From the NCBI GenBank assembly GCA_964106915.2, contig OZ066916.1: a DNA stretch of 64,000 bases; one strand, 5' to 3'. Both the position numbers and the translations under genes were made by a program. Below the pieces are notes generated by a model, which had not been told where the DNA came from, made no database searches, and saw only the letters and a program-made list of their open reading frames with translations. Source of the stretch: Podarcis gaigeae (lineage: Eukaryota). Shown in pieces: positions 1-14,093 of this stretch (position 1 is the stretch's first letter; each line of letters starts with the position of its first letter).

Positions 1-79
1 GTACCTCAAGTTTCAGAACAGTTTCAGGTTAAGAACGGACCTCCGGAACGAATTAAGTTCTTAACCCGAGGTACCACTG
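1..79 (+). mobile_element. Right end of Tc1/mariner (pogo/Tigger-like) MITE, cut by the window edge
   Basis: Ends cgaggtaccactg|TA; near-identical to the right part of 564-805. Confidence 0.8.
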
Positions 80-563
80 TACACTCCAGATTCACATTTG
101 TGCTTGATGAGTGTGACCTTCAACTCTGTGATTATAGCAGTGTTTATATTGCACACCATCACCTCAATATCCCAAAGTAAATAGCTCAACCTTTTTTTGG
201 AAGTGCTTGGGAGCCGAGGTATTCCCAAAGGGTCGCCTTTTACAACAGTAGCACCCCAAAGGAGTAATGAACATTGCTAGCTTCATTGAGCTTCCTGTCA
301 ATGAAATTTGCCATTTTTGGCATCCAATTTAGAGAACACTTTGGGCTCTATCTAGCTGCCCAAGGGTATGCTCCACAAGTGGCATGGGATGCAATTCTCT
401 TTCAACATTTTTATCCAGTTGGTTAATGGAGTTCAGTGATCTCCATTTCAATGTTTTATTCCAGCTTTTTCTTCACTCTGTTGAGGAGTAGAATTAGTAG
501 TCATCTGAGAACACTGATGGAGAAAGTTTTGATCCTGATCATTTCATCTGGAAGGGTGCAATA

Positions 564-805
564 CAGTGGTACCTTGGGTTACATACACTTCAGGTTACAT
601 ATGCTTCAGGTTACAGACTCTGCTAACCCAGAAATAGTGCTTCAGGTTAAGAATTTTGCTTCAGGATGAGAACAGAAATCGTGCTCCAGCGGCGCGGCAG
701 CAGCAGGAGGCCCCATTAGCTAAAGTGGTGCTTCAGGTTAAGAACAGTTTCAGGTTAAGTACGGACCTCCAGAACGAATTAAGTACTTAACCCGAGGCAC
801 CACTG
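564..805 (+). mobile_element. Tc1/mariner (pogo/Tigger-like) MITE, family A
   Basis: TA|cagtggtaccttgggtta ... taacccgaggcaccactg|TA; internal ttcaggtta repeats; copies at 48868 and 60344. Confidence 0.88.
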
Positions 806-817
806 TATTCAAAATGT

Positions 818-1102
818 TCAGCTAGGGAATACAGGGAGGTGTTCAAGCAAATAGTTACACATAAGGATTAATGTTAGTGCCGTGGGATTTCCTCCCTCTA
901 CTCTTCCCCCTTGTGATTCCCATGCCATCCACAAATTTGCTTTGGGGTTTTTTGGGGAAAGCATAGGGCAAGGATATGGGTAAAATGTTCTGTTGCACAA
1001 GGAGAAAATCTTGCACTGATAGAACACTTTGATTAGCGCTAAGCTGAAGACAACCCATAGAGAGATAATAAAATCATCCACAGGTTCATTTTCCAGTTGC
1101 AC
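818..1102 (-). mobile_element. Possible highly decayed Penelope-type reverse transcriptase fragment
   Basis: Minus-strand peptide LALIKVFYQCKIFSLCNRTFY...ANLWMAWE loosely resembles the PLE RT segment (L.LL.F.L..NYF.F...FY / YANLFMG.WE); no intact catalytic DD motif in the expected position. Confidence 0.3.
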
Positions 1103-1157
1103 ATGTGAGCTAAACTTTGCCTGCTAATCACATTTCACATAAAAATGAAGGTTTTTA

Positions 1158-1194
<37 letters not shown>

Positions 1195-1221
1195 GTAGTA
1201 GTAGTAGTAATAATAGTAATA
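1158..1221. repeat. (AAT)n/(AGT)n compound microsatellite
   Basis: Direct reading. Confidence 0.95.
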
Positions 1222-3683
1222 TCCATCACTTTATTGCATTTCCTTAACTCTTCCTTCTCTCATCCTGAATGATAGCAGGTTATCATGTGCCTGATCCTGC
1301 ATTAGATAAGTCACTGTGTTCAGTGTGTTAATCTGCTTCTCTTCAAGTTTGCTGATTAACCCTGAAGCTATCTAGAGCCTCTCAAATCTGTGCCCCTATT
1401 TGAACCACACACTAAGGGCAAATATGCATGGGTTGGAACGGTGGTGGTGGGTAGACACTAAAAGAGACTGCTGCAATCTTCTCCCTGCCCAACATGTAGA
1501 ACTCATTTCAACCTTGCTGTTCTTTGAAGCCCAATGTGTCTCTCTTTTAGTATTTTTCAGCCAGGTTGTGGGTGTCACTGGCACCATGTGCAATTAGTTG
1601 CCCCTGATTAAGAGATTCCATAACTTATCAAGGCAAATTAGCACTTCCTCAGTCTCCTTCCAAACTTCACCCCCACTAGACCAGGGACCACCATGGGGTG
1701 AGTTTGGACTCCACTTTCCCTTTCCTCCTCCTTTGCATGCGAGAGGGGCGGAGTGAAAGCACAAACTTTTCATTAGAAGAAACTTGGGGAAATAGGATTT
1801 GTTCTAACAAAGCTCTGGAGCCATTTTGTTCCTAGTTTGTTTAAACTAAATTTGCTTAGAGCAAACCATGGTTTATTGAGTTTGAATGTAACACAGAATT
1901 GTAGCTTGTTTTAAAATGACAGTGGGGGGTGGGGTGGGAGAGTACATGAGCTCAAGGCTTGCCGCAGCTCATTCCTGATCATGTAAATCAAAGCAAACTT
2001 TTCTGCTGTCCCCCTCAACACCCACCAAATTGGTGGCAGTGGCAAAGAGAACAGGCGAATTCTGGAGTAGGCAGATTGGTTGAAAGCTCTCCACTCAACC
2101 CAGCACCCTGATGAGGATGCAAATTGCCTCCTCCCCTCTGGCCATTGGATCAATCTAGCGGAGACAAAGTGATAGTGATTCCTGTGTGTGCGGAAGAGCA
2201 TGTGGTGATCATACCCACCATTGGCACACAGTACACTAAGGGATGACGAAGGATGAACGTGATTCTTGGGCCATAAAAAGGCTAGCCACTTGTGGCATAT
2301 GGTTTATGTAATCATCTGAACTGGGCCTGTGGCTTGCTTATAATGGAGCTTCACTCGCATTGTAATTTGTTCAGAATCCAAAACATTTTGCCAGTGATGT
2401 TGAAAAGAGCTCTAGCTGCAACAACTGTAACCTTTATTGCATCTTGGCAGCGGCTGCTTTTTACAGCACTTCATTGCCAAAGCAAACTGAGTCAGTGCCA
2501 GAGACAGAAGCTAAATTAACTTGGTAAAGTTTTAGCAAAATGACAAGGCTTGTTGCAATTGAATCCCAATTGCTGATCCCATAGGTTTTTCTATGCACTT
2601 AATAGCTCCGCGGAAGGATGCATTTAGGCAAGTAGAGCTTTTCCTTTCACTAGAACCTCTGCAAAAGTTTCACATCTCTCAAAAGGAAGAGGTACCATGT
2701 GCCGAATAGATTTTGGAAACCCTATCTGCTTATATATAGGAACTGTTATCATGTACTGGCATTGGGCTCGGTCCTTTTCCTTGGACGAAAGAGCACTGGG
2801 TATTTATGGTGTCTTTGCAAAGATGCAAGGTGCTGCGCCCCCAGGCACTTCAGTTTCAGCCAACTTGCAGCTTTCCTATCTTGCGTTCCTAATGGAAACT
2901 GCAAAAGTGCTCATTCTTTCCATCCCCACAGGTAAATTGTCCTTTCAAGGAAACACCTGTAGTTGTTGAAGTAATGTGATGTTCTTTTGTGAAACCTCAG
3001 ATTCCCAGCAAGTGTCACTTTAGGCAAAACTCTGCTGATAGTAATCAAGATGACCAAACTCCACACAGCACGCTTTTTTCAAAATAACAAGTTTTAGTCG
3101 CCATTACAGCTTTCCTTGACTGAAGTGCTAACAGCTACTCTGCAAGGTTGCCCAGAACAATGAAGTGACCACTCTGCATTGCATTTGGACAGCTGGTCTG
3201 CTGGCACTTATGCCAAACCCCTGCCAAGGTTCCTCAAACAAAGGCTTTTCGCTTCTGAAAAGTGAATGGATTTCCACTCTCAGCCAACTTTCTTCCAATG
3301 TTCCTCAGTGAGTTTAGAGGCAATGGATATAGAATCACATAGTTCCAGATGGTGCCTGCTGTGGCTGCCAAACCCTTTTATAGTTTTGTCCTGGTTCCTT
3401 TCCTCCACTTCTACTCTTATAAGTTACAGTTACTTCTGCTAAAATAAGTAGCTATTGCTATTTCTTTAAGAGACATTTCCTGCTTGCTATGCCTGTGACA
3501 CAGTTGCCAGATGTCTGGGAGTTATATGTTCAAAACGCTGTATGGCATACAAGACGTTATCTGAATAGCTCGGTTCAGCATTGATTCCTGTAGTTTACAG
3601 GGATTAGATTCACTGAACCAGACGCAACACATAAGGCTTATCCACAGTTACCTTTCCTCTGCTCTTTTCAGGCATGGTCCATG

Positions 3684-4114
3684 CAGGGCCGGATTTAGGT
3701 TTGATAAGGCCCTAAGCTACTGAAGGTAATGGGGCCCTTTATATGCCCAGCTGTTCTTTGTCAACAACAAATTGTCGCTTTTTGTTGTTGTTGAATGTAT
3801 GTTATATGGTAATTTATGGACCTAATAGGTCTCTAAAGCCATTTGCACATAACAAAATATGTATTTTATCAAAGTAATTGAACTGAAATACAATTAAGTA
3901 TATTAATAGTGAAATACAATTAAGAAGAAGTACCGTTATATTAATACTGAAATAATTATTAAGCTCTAACTGTATGTAGGTTTTTTTATTTGTTTTTTAT
4001 CTTATATTTTGGAAATGTACATCCAGGTTTTTTCCTTAAAATTTTTTTGGGGGGGCCCAAGAGAGTGGGGCCCTAAGCAATAGCTTGTTTATCTTATATG
4101 TAAATCCAGCACTA
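3684..4114. mobile_element. Non-autonomous hAT element
   Basis: Termini cagggccggattta / taaatccagcacta; perfect 8-bp TSD GGTCCATG (3676-3683, 4115-4122). Confidence 0.88.
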
Positions 4115-6068
4115 GGTCCATGATCTAAAGTTCTGTGTCTGAGCACCCTTTTCCCCCCCTTCTCCAGAGCTTTCCTCACAAAAACCCACTCTTTAGTGCA
4201 CAATCGGAGCCAACATCAATCCATAGGCCACCTGTATTGATGTTTGTTCCAAGTGAATGCTAAAAAGTGGTGGGTGACACTTGTTCCGAAAAGCATGGTC
4301 AAAATTAAAGAGTTCAGGAACTCAGACCAGACCAAATTTCATAAAATCATACACAGACAAAACCCTACAAGAGAGGAAAAACTCCAAATAATTACACAGA
4401 TTAAAATAGCTCAGAAGGTAAGAAAACAACAAACACAAGCTTATCCAGCTAATTAACAAAAACACTTACACTTAAATCTCAGTAGGCTGAGCAATGGAAC
4501 AAGATGCTGTCAAAAGCCCAAATAGATGCTGACCTCGACTTGGCAGGCTGGCTACTGAGAGCTCCCACCAATCCAGGGAACTTAGACCAAGGGTGTTCAC
4601 CTCTTCCACCCAATTACCTTGGGACACCAGCCTTGAAACCTTAAGGGAGACAGCTGTGTGTAAGCTCATTATTTCTGAGGTTCTAACCCATTCCCATGAA
4701 CCAGTCTTAAAGGGGTGATATCACCACAGGCTTTCATGGGGAAAACTCTGGGGTGAAAAACCTCACACATACTCAAGACACTGAGCTTTTATGTGCAGAT
4801 CTGTGCCTGGAAAGGACAGGGCAGAAGAATGTGGGCAAGCACTTAGATGCATGCACCCTGGATCAACTGTAAATAGTTCCTGCCTATATGATATGCACTA
4901 TTGAAAGGTGCAACAACAGTTTCATTTTTCAAAGTGTTATCTTTGGTCACAGTTAAAGAGAACAATTCTGTTGCAGTATGCTCCTCTCACAACAATATCC
5001 GAACTGCCGCCAAGTAGGCTGTTCAACCTTATCATTTTGCATCAATACCATGCAAGTCTCGTTTATTTATTACCATCTATACAATATCACTGATGTGCAT
5101 TGCACATTACTCATCAGCACATTACTCATCCTTTATGTCCCTTGTACCAACACAACAATGTTCCTGTGGTCCTAAAGTGACTTTATGAGATCACAGGCAG
5201 CTGCCTACTGAAGCATGAGGTGGGTAACAAGAAGAGGAGTCACTGGACTGTAATACTTATAAAGTGCAAGTCAAATTGTGAAACAAGCGGAGAGAGAACA
5301 ATTTCATGTCTCTGTCTCAAGGAATGATCTTGTTCTGATATTATAATAAGGCTAAGAGGTGACCTTGCTGTTACAGCGATGCTGAATATCTAATTTTAAT
5401 ATACGAGTGAATACTTAATAGCTGGAATTGGTATCCTTCCAAAGCCAAATTAGAAACCAAATAATGGAGGAAGCATGTAAAGGATGATACAGCCACATGT
5501 TTTACAAAGCATGCATCTGGATGTTAGTGATAAAACCCAATGCTAATTTATCACTATATAATTAAATACCATTTAGCCAATCATGTTTTGATACTAAATT
5601 GGCAACGGTCACTGAGCTTTGTGGAAAGGGAGAATCTGTAGGTAGCAAATCTAATTTTTAGCACAAAATTCCATTGCACTTTACTGCCCTTTTTACATCA
5701 TTTCAGCATGGGAAAGTGTTTTCCCTTACACAATAACGAATTAATTCAGTTAATTCAATTCTTGTTTCTATTAAGTGTATTCTTCTAATGACTAACGCTG
5801 CTGCATAAAAAGCTTGTTTCCTAACATTATTGCAAACTGATGGAATAAAAGTCCAATCACATGATCATCAGGCTGGTGGTGGCTGAAAGTCGATATTATG
5901 AGATGGCTGCATGCGGTGGCTTCCTGCCAGCAGTCGTCAGTATGCACAGACATCACTACACTCATATTTTCATCTTTTATATACTATGCCAGGCAGGGTT
6001 AGTAGCAGCCTGCTTAAAAAACAAGCCTTCATGCTCTCGCATTTAATACTACATTTAATACAATAGGT

Positions 6069-6222
6069 GGAGATGGCTCGGTTAGAGCATGGTGCTGATA
6101 ATGCCAAGGTCACAGGTTTGATCCTCGCACAAGACAGCGGCATATTCCTGCATTGCAGGGGGTTGAACTAGATGACTCTCAGGGTCCCTTCCAACTCTGC
6201 AGTTCTATTATTATTCTGTGAT
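6069..6222 (+). mobile_element. tRNA-Ile-derived SINE with CR1-type 3' tail
   Basis: Head ggttagagcatggtgctgataatgccaaggtcacaggtttgatcc resembles tRNA-Ile; tail ttgaactagatgac...gtcccttccaactct..ttctat is the CR1 3' end. Confidence 0.75.
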
Positions 6223-6682
6223 TTACAAGAGTGGTGAACCATGCGCTTCAGCCGACATGCAAAGTGAATTCACAGTGGGTTTCCAGCTGTTGTTGCATTG
6301 TAATTTGCTTGTGTGAAAGCAGTTTTGGTTGCCCCCTCATATTTACTGGGGTGAACCTTGCCTCTGATACCCAAGAATATGGCCTCCTCCAGCCAGAGCT
6401 GTCAGTGGTATTGCTAAGTGATTTTAGAGTCTGGACTTTAAACGACTCTTTCCTTTACCTGGCCATGTGCATTACCTCACCCACTCACAATTTGGCAAAC
6501 CAACACTGCTGCATTTGGGGGAATCTTCTGCTCATTCTGCTTAGTGGAGAACTGGACGTCTGCCCCCAAGTGCTGCCCTGGTGGACACCATTGTCTGTTG
6601 CTTCAATGAGAGGGCCATAATGACACAGTTAGATGCAATCAGATGATGCCTTTCCAGCAGGCTCATTGTAAGGAAATGGTAA

Positions 6683-7042
6683 GGTAAAGGTAAAGGTAAA
6701 GGGACCCCTGACCATTAGGTCCAGTCGTGGCTGACTCTGGGGTTGCGGTGCTCATCTCACTTTATTGGCCGAGGGAGCCGGCGTACAGCTTCCGGGTCAT
6801 GCGGCCAGCATGGCTAAGCTGCTTCTGGCAAACCAGAGCAGCACACGGAAACGCTGTTTACCTTCCCACCGGAGTGGTACCTATTTATCTAATTGCACTT
6901 TGACATGCTTTCAAACTGCTAGGTTGGCAGGAGTAGGGACGAAGCAACAGGAGCTCACCCTATCGCGGGGATTCGAACTGCCAACCTTCTGATCAGCAAG
7001 CCCTAGGCTCTGTGGATTAGACCACAGCACCACCCGCTTCCC
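6683..7042 (-). mobile_element. Sauria SINE, full length
   Basis: (AAAGGT)n tail, body and tRNA-like head; 13-bp TSD AAGGAAATGGTAA (6670-6682, 7043-7055). Confidence 0.93.
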
Positions 7043-7773
7043 AAGGAAATGGTAATTTAGCATAAATTGGCTTAAGACCGCCTTCTGACATTACTCTTCT
7101 TAACACAAGTGGTGATGCTACAATGCAGTTCCTCCCCATGTTGTGTGATAATGTTAGAGATCATACAGGAACAGCTCACACCTTCAGATCCTTCTCAACC
7201 CCACATTGCTCCGGGTTCCTACGGGGAGTGACGCTAGCACAGGAACTTGTTCATCCAATGTTACCCAGTGCTTTAGGTATGAACCATACTGCACCAGATC
7301 TCATGCTACCAAAGGTCATTTCAAAAAGCAGCCAGGGTCAATGGAGTTGAAAATGCAGCTTAGGAGCAAAGGGGCTGGACCACGTACTTCTTCTCTGATG
7401 GCAGACAAAAATATGTTGCCTTATGATTTGGACCTGTATCTGAATGTGCTTTCAAATCTCACCTCATTTACTGGCTCTCTGCCCTCTGAGGCAATTCGCA
7501 CCAATTAATTAATTCGTTTCATCTCACAACTGCACATGCACACCATAGAGTAGTTGTGAGGATGTTGTGAGCATGAGCAAGGTAACAGTGGAAAGCATTC
7601 ATGGCACAACAGGGGAATGGAGCTTGCAGTGGATTAGCGAAGGGGAGCAAGTCACATTCAGGGAAAGGGAGCTGCCTGTGAAGCGTTTCCTATGCCTCAT
7701 AGGTCTGCTACATACGTGACTACATAAGTGACTAAAAGTGGCTAAAATTTAGCTGTGGACTAAATATCTTATT

Positions 7774-8105
7774 GGTGCCAGGGTGGCACTGTGGGTTAAA
7801 CCGCAGAGCCTAGGGCTTGCCGATCAGAAGGTCGGCGGTTCAAATCCCCACGACGGGGTGAGCTCCAGTTGCTCGGTCCCTGCTCCTGCCAACCTAGCAC
7901 TTCGAAAGCACATCAAATGTGCAAGTAGATAAATAGGTACCGCTCCTGCGGGAAGGTAAACGGCGTTTCCATGCGCTGCTCTGGTTCGCCAGAAACGGCT
8001 TAGTCATGCTGGACACATGACCCAGAAGCTGTACGCTGGCTCCCTTGGCCAATAAAGTGAGATGAGCGCCGCAACCCCAGAGTTGGCCACGACTGGACCT
8101 TTACC
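7774..8105 (+). mobile_element. Sauria SINE with a small 3' deletion
   Basis: gggtggcactgtgggttaaacc...ggttcaaatccc...gactggacctttacc; 12-bp TSD AAATATCTTATT (7762-7773, 8106-8117). Confidence 0.93.
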
Positions 8106-8239
8106 AAATATCTTATTAAAGCAATTCAGAGACACAGTGATAAAGGGGGATGGGGTGCTCCAGCAGAAATATCTACTGATCAATCCAGCTTGCCCAGGAC
8201 AAGCTGAAACTCTTTGAAGAAATAGTAGGACAGAAAGGA

Positions 8240-8410
8240 GAACATAAGAAGAGTCTTTCCAGGAAGGACTCATCCTGTTCAGCATCCTGTTCTCACTGTG
8301 GCCAACCAGATGCCTATGGGAAGCCCACAAGCAAGACCCAAGTGCAAAAGCACTCTCCCATTCATGATCTCTAGCACCTGGTATTCAGAGCTGTACCGCT
8401 TCCAACACTG
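8240..8410 (-). mobile_element. Decayed CR1-type LINE 3' fragment
   Basis: aacataagaagag...catcctgttctcactgtggccaaccagatgcc motif typical of CR1 3' ends; a related inverted remnant lies at ~36140-36295. Confidence 0.5.
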
Positions 8411-9941
8411 GAACAATGTTTGTTATTTCTTTATTTAGAATAATTTATATGCCTCTTTTTCGAAACCTGTGTGATCCTTTACAGAGGGAATAAGAGAGGC
8501 TAACACCTGCAACACAGCTCAATACAGAGCAATGCACAAAGTGTGCGGGTTTAACCCACTGTAATTTAAGAAACTGACACTTAAAACAACAACAAAACTC
8601 TTTTGTGCTCCCCCCCCCCCCAGCTTTCTGGTTGATGGAATCAATGAAACTGATAGTCCTGATGATAAGATTGACTTCATGTGACAAATACAATTATTTT
8701 TGTCATTTGGATTTGCAATACTCCTGGCTAAAAAACAAATGCATACCCATTTCCATGGAAACTTTACAAGTATGCAATTATTGTTACAAATAACAAAAAA
8801 AACAACCACCCTTAAAAAGAGCTTTAATCAAAACAGAATGTTTGCGAAAATAAACTCAAAAAGCCCAGTGTGTCTGTCAGTTGTTTCTATAAATCTTCAC
8901 ATACAGATGGGCTGCTTTCTTCTCATTATTCTCACCCATGCAGTGAGGCTGAGAAGTGTCATGAAGACAAGTGCTTCGTGGATATACCACAAACATCATC
9001 TGCAAATGTGCAAAGGGGCAGGTGTTTACTGCCATGAAAGCAGATATATTCATGGTTCAGTAACAACTATATTTGTTCATTGCAGCTGGCATAGGCTGCT
9101 ACTGCACCCATGGTAGCATGGGCAGACAATAATGCATATTATCTTCTGCCATCCTCAGTGTTTTACATGCAGCCAGAGCAGGGGTACCTTCTAGATGGAC
9201 TCCAACTTCCATCATCCCCAACCATTGGCCATGACTGGAGTGGTAGGAGTTGAAACCAATAACATCTTGAGGCCATCCCATTGGCTACTCCATAGTCTAT
9301 TAACCAGGGGTCTAAAAATGGGGTGGTTGTTACCATCTGGCGTAAATATACAAGGTAGCCTTTTCATGCTAGCCAATGACATTAGTCAGATTGGCCATCA
9401 ATAGCAAGTAGCGTTAAATGAAGGAAAAAAGACCCTGAATTACTTTTTTCTAAAATGTAATATCCAGTTTGGGAATATAGATTTCATACCTTTTGCCCAA
9501 TTTGGGTCCAAGAGGGCTCAAATTGACTGGAAAAGATCAATAATGTATTGAAATGATTTTGGGGAGCTTCACTAAAAAAAAGCTTAACAAAAATCTTATT
9601 TTTCAGATTTCACTGATGGATAAAATTCCTGCATGTTATATACTACGATTTACCTTATTTATCTGACACTGAACTGTGATTGATCATATCTGTTGGGTAA
9701 CAGGCTCAATGAGGGAGGGAGGGGAGCCATGAAACCTGTCTTGCCCAAGGGCCTCCTAAAACCCAGAGCTGGGACCAGCTGTTGTTGTTCTGAACTTTCT
9801 GTCTTTGAAGACTGGTGGCTGATCTTTATATTCAGCTAAATCACATGGTACAGCATTTACTGGGACCATGATACTTCAGACTGCAGGCAAGGGAAGTAAA
9901 GAAGTTTAAATGCTATTCCCACCTGTTCACAGGAGCACAGA

Positions 9942-10055
9942 AACCTGCCTTATATGGAGTCAGACCATTGGTCCATTAGTTCAGTATTGTCCATGCTGCC
10001 TGGCAAGATTTCAGAAAGCAGTCTCTCAGCCCCACCTGGAGATGCCAGGGATTGT
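9942..10055 (-). mobile_element. Partial tRNA-derived squamate SINE (Squam3-like)
   Basis: ctgccttatatggagtcagaccattggtcca...acctggagatgccagggattg; homologous to 47035 and 48421. Confidence 0.65.
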
Positions 10056-13000
10056 ATCTGGGGTGTTCTGATGGAGGAAGAGGAGTGCGGGGGGAGCGCA
10101 CTGCTCCCGGCAGCGTGATCCCAGTCGGGTGCCATTGTGGTTGCCATACCCCCAGGACATGCGCCACGCCCCTGCAGGTGGCAGGACTCTCGCCATTCCC
10201 GCCCCCGCCTGCTCTCCGCCCCCCCCCCCCGGTGCCGGAGCATGAAGCTCTGCCACTGCTGTAAACATTCTAGTCAAAAATTTATTAGCAGATCCTGAAG
10301 TCTCATGGGGCTTTTAAAGCAGAGGAAGGTTTGATAACACAATACAAACTGCTAAGTCACTCTGCAATTTAAATTATGTTTTATGCTATTTCTTCTGCAT
10401 ATATTTACGGACCCCAGATCCTCACAGTTTCCTTACTCATATGTACTTGTCCCCGCCTCCCCATTAATGCCTGCTTTCCAACCTGTTGTCTAAAATGGCA
10501 CAGCAGGGGCTATCGATGTTTTTTGGGCCTGGGGGCCCAACTGGAGGAACTTTTGGTTACCACACACCTGGTAACCAAACACAGGCTGCAACCTAGTCCA
10601 TTGGCTACAACGGTATCCTACTTTCAAGCCTAATTTCCATGGAAGGGGAAGGGACCTTAGGGGCACCAAAGGAGGGGTCTGCAGATCCTCATGTGCTCAT
10701 GGGCACCACATCGGTGATCCCTGTATACAGTCCCAATAACTCTATGGCCATGCATTTTATTTGCACGTGTAGATTGGCTCTAAGTTTGGTGACCCTTGGC
10801 CCAAATTTTACTTGGCTTTCTAGTCTTCATATATCCTTTCCTGTTTGAACTGTTCATAATGTATGCACTCAGCTTGTTGCACGTGGTTTGACCATTCTGA
10901 TGCAGCCCTTCCAGTGTGTGATACAGGAATTTTAATGGCTCTTGAAGTCTCCTTTTGGCACAGCTATGGTTCCTTGTTTGTTACCATAGATACTGTACTT
11001 TTTGTTTGCATTACCTTACACCTAAGAGATTCCCACAGGTAGAATTATTCGATATAATTATTCACAAATACAAAAATTTATAAAACGAATCTGACATTTT
11101 ATTTGTTTAAGATAGTTTCTGCCCTTTTTCCTTCCAGAATGGTGAATGCCAACTTCTGTCTTTTCTCCCTTTGTGTAACTGTTATTGATTTACCTCTATA
11201 AATTTAAAATTGCTAAGAATTCTAGTTACATGTTTTGCTCATCGAAAAGGAAGAGCTGGTTTATCTGAATCTCACCAACCATATGAAATAAATGCAACAC
11301 AGTTAACTTCAAAACAAAGCTCTGGAAACACACAAGAATCCACCCTACAAATGGCACAAGAAACACTTTTTAAAAAATTAAAAGGACTCTGTCAGAGGTG
11401 ACCAGTTCTGTTCTGCAATCCATCAGCTATGATATAGTATGGTGACCTACTTGCTTCTCCAGACTTTATCATGTTTGCCCCCAAACCACACATGAGATGT
11501 AGGTCATCATTATATTACTCTAGATGGAGAACTGAAGGTGAGGGAAAGCAACCAGCCCAGGGGCAAATAGTAGGTCTGTGGCAGGGAACCATTAGTTCTA
11601 TGATGGTGCATCACTATAAATTCCCATCTAAAGACAGGGAAATGAGCCTGAGATAATTGCTACGGATAGCAGAGAAGCAGAAGAAAGGATTTAGAGATTG
11701 GGGAAGTAAAGGCAGTGGCGGGGGCGGTGGAATGAGGGTTGCATGAGAGATGATGGATAAGCTAGAGTATATGGATACCTAATGGTTATTTTCAATAGTA
11801 GTAATGAGCAGCAAAGTACACAGTTTAAACTATTTTCCAAGTTGAATAGGCTAATTCCTCAAAAAGTTATAGTTTCAGGCTCTTCATCTGCCAAAAAAGA
11901 GAGAAAGAAAAGCCCTTTTGAATCTCTGAGTGTTTCCCCCTGATTCTCCTACATTAAAGAGTCTATTTCCATGTTACTGCAATTATACCTTCAAAGGAGA
12001 CATACATCACACTTGTGGAAAGTACTCTACTAAGTGGGCCCCCTACTAAGGTGTGCTTTTCACCTGGACCAGAGACATGAAAGTACATCTGTAAAATGTC
12101 TTGAAAAGTTAGGAAGTCCGTAAGGGCTTTGAACCAGTGCAGGTCCGTTACAGTAGCTCGGCTTATGAGTCATCTGTCTTTGAATGGAAGGTTCACAGAA
12201 GGAATCCCAATGCAACAAAGACTCCTGTGTGTTGTGTTGTGTGTCCTGCAGCCTCCTTGTACAACTTCCCATGTTGTTCTCCACAACCCTCTAGATGGGA
12301 TTTTGAGCAAGGGGTGCTGCCAGGGAGACCAAGTAGGCAACTGACTGCAGCAGCAGTGGCAATGACAGGGCTGAAACAGGGCTATCTGGTTGGCTGAATG
12401 ATGCAGCTTAGCAAAGGCTTATGTATAAACGGGCTGGTCTGCAGGCTCCACAGTGAACTGGCCCTAGCCTCACAGTATATATTACTGCAAGAAAATGACA
12501 AAGAGGTCCAATGCTGTCACGTGTGGGTTGAATAAGGACAATGTTTTAATGATGATGATGATGATGACAATAAATCACACAGTATGTATTAATTGGCTTA
12601 CCAATAACAGGATGCCTATGTTGTTGTTGCTGCTGTTTTAAGTAACAAATTTAATTTCAAACACATCATTCACCTCTTCATTCAGCATTCTCTGCATCCT
12701 TTGACCTCCCTCTGCCCTTCCATGGTTACCATCAACCCCCCCCCCACTGCTTATCTTATGTTCTCTAATTTGTTAAAAGAATAGTAATCCGTTTTTCCAT
12801 AGTTTCTCATACATTACAAGCATTACTCTCATCCTGACAAAGTTTTTAGTTGTTTACAGTGTTCTCTTAAGGAATGGGGGGAAATTATAATGTAATCCAG
12901 GATGCCTATGTTAACAACTGTTTTGTGAAGAAACACTTGGCATTATGCAATTGTAACTGTCTGTGTATTTTATACATTTCATTGGCTTCTGGCCTGTTTA

Positions 13001-13092
13001 TGCTCACACACACACAAATACTGCATGCATCTGACAAAGCCCACGAAGGCTTGTGCCATGATAAATTTGTTTAAGGTAACACAAGACTGCTA

Positions 13093-13352
13093 CAGTCATA
13101 CCTTGGGTTGAATGTGCTTCGGGATGAGCGCGTTCTAGTTGCGCTCCGCGGCAACCCAGAAGTAACGGAGCGCGTTACTTCCGGGGTTCTCTGCTTGGGC
13201 ATGCGCAGACACTCAAAAGGACGTCACGCGCATGCGCAGAAGTGCCAAAATGTGACCTGAGCACGCGCAGATGCGTGGACACGGGTTACATTTGCTTCTA
13301 GATGTGAACGGGGCTCCGGAACGGATCCCATTCGCATCTAGAGGTACCACTG
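13093..13352. mobile_element. Tc1/mariner-type MITE, family B (CpG-rich, gcgcatgcgc core)
   Basis: TA|cagtcatacctt ... gaggtaccactg|TA. Confidence 0.85.
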
Positions 13353-14093
13353 TATTTGCTACAGCAGAGAGCTACCCCCTCTGAAAATTGTAAGAAAATG
13401 GGCAATCTTGTTCTGTGTCCCTAGTTTGTTCAACAATATATGGCCATTCCCTTAACACTCAGCAGTGATGCAACAGGCTCATTGACTCTCACTGTGCACT
13501 TCATGTACAAAAGCAATACCCACTGCTTTCTGCCATTACACACTATTGCTTGCATTATTTTACACAATATGTCACTTCAATGTGCATCTCTTGCATTCTT
13601 TGCTGAGCAAATGCTCCCCTGGCTGTGATAGCAACTGTAACTACTACACAGCATCTACTCTTTTAACTATCTGTTACTCTCTGCCACTTATTGGAACATT
13701 TTCCATTCCTTTCTCTGTCTCTCTTTTTTTTCTTAGGTGACCCAGCAAATCACCCATGTCTCCTAAGCCGTATTTTTCTTCTTAATGAGCTCTGACTGAC
13801 AATGCTATACGGACATCTTTCCATATCAGTATTTTTTACCCTGCCTTATTGGCAGATTGTAACGACATTACTAGTTACAAACACACTGCTAATGGGTTCT
13901 TCCCACAGCCAGTGCCTACCAGTTCTGAATAGCCTGGGTTTGTTTTTTTAATTGTGTAGAATCTTTTATCTTTCTTGAACAGCTTAAGGTGCAGGCTGAA
14001 TTCTGTATTTTCAGAGGCCACTCTGGACTCAATTAAAAGTGCTGACTTTTAAGCCCTTAAATCTTAAGCCCTTTGAAGCCCTTAAATCTTTTC

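Noticed and set aside
7708-7746. Short degenerate tandem (ctacatacgtga / ctacataagtga / ctaaaagtgg), also small duplications at ~14051 and ~51441
   Set aside because: Ordinary slippage-type local duplications with no sign of function.
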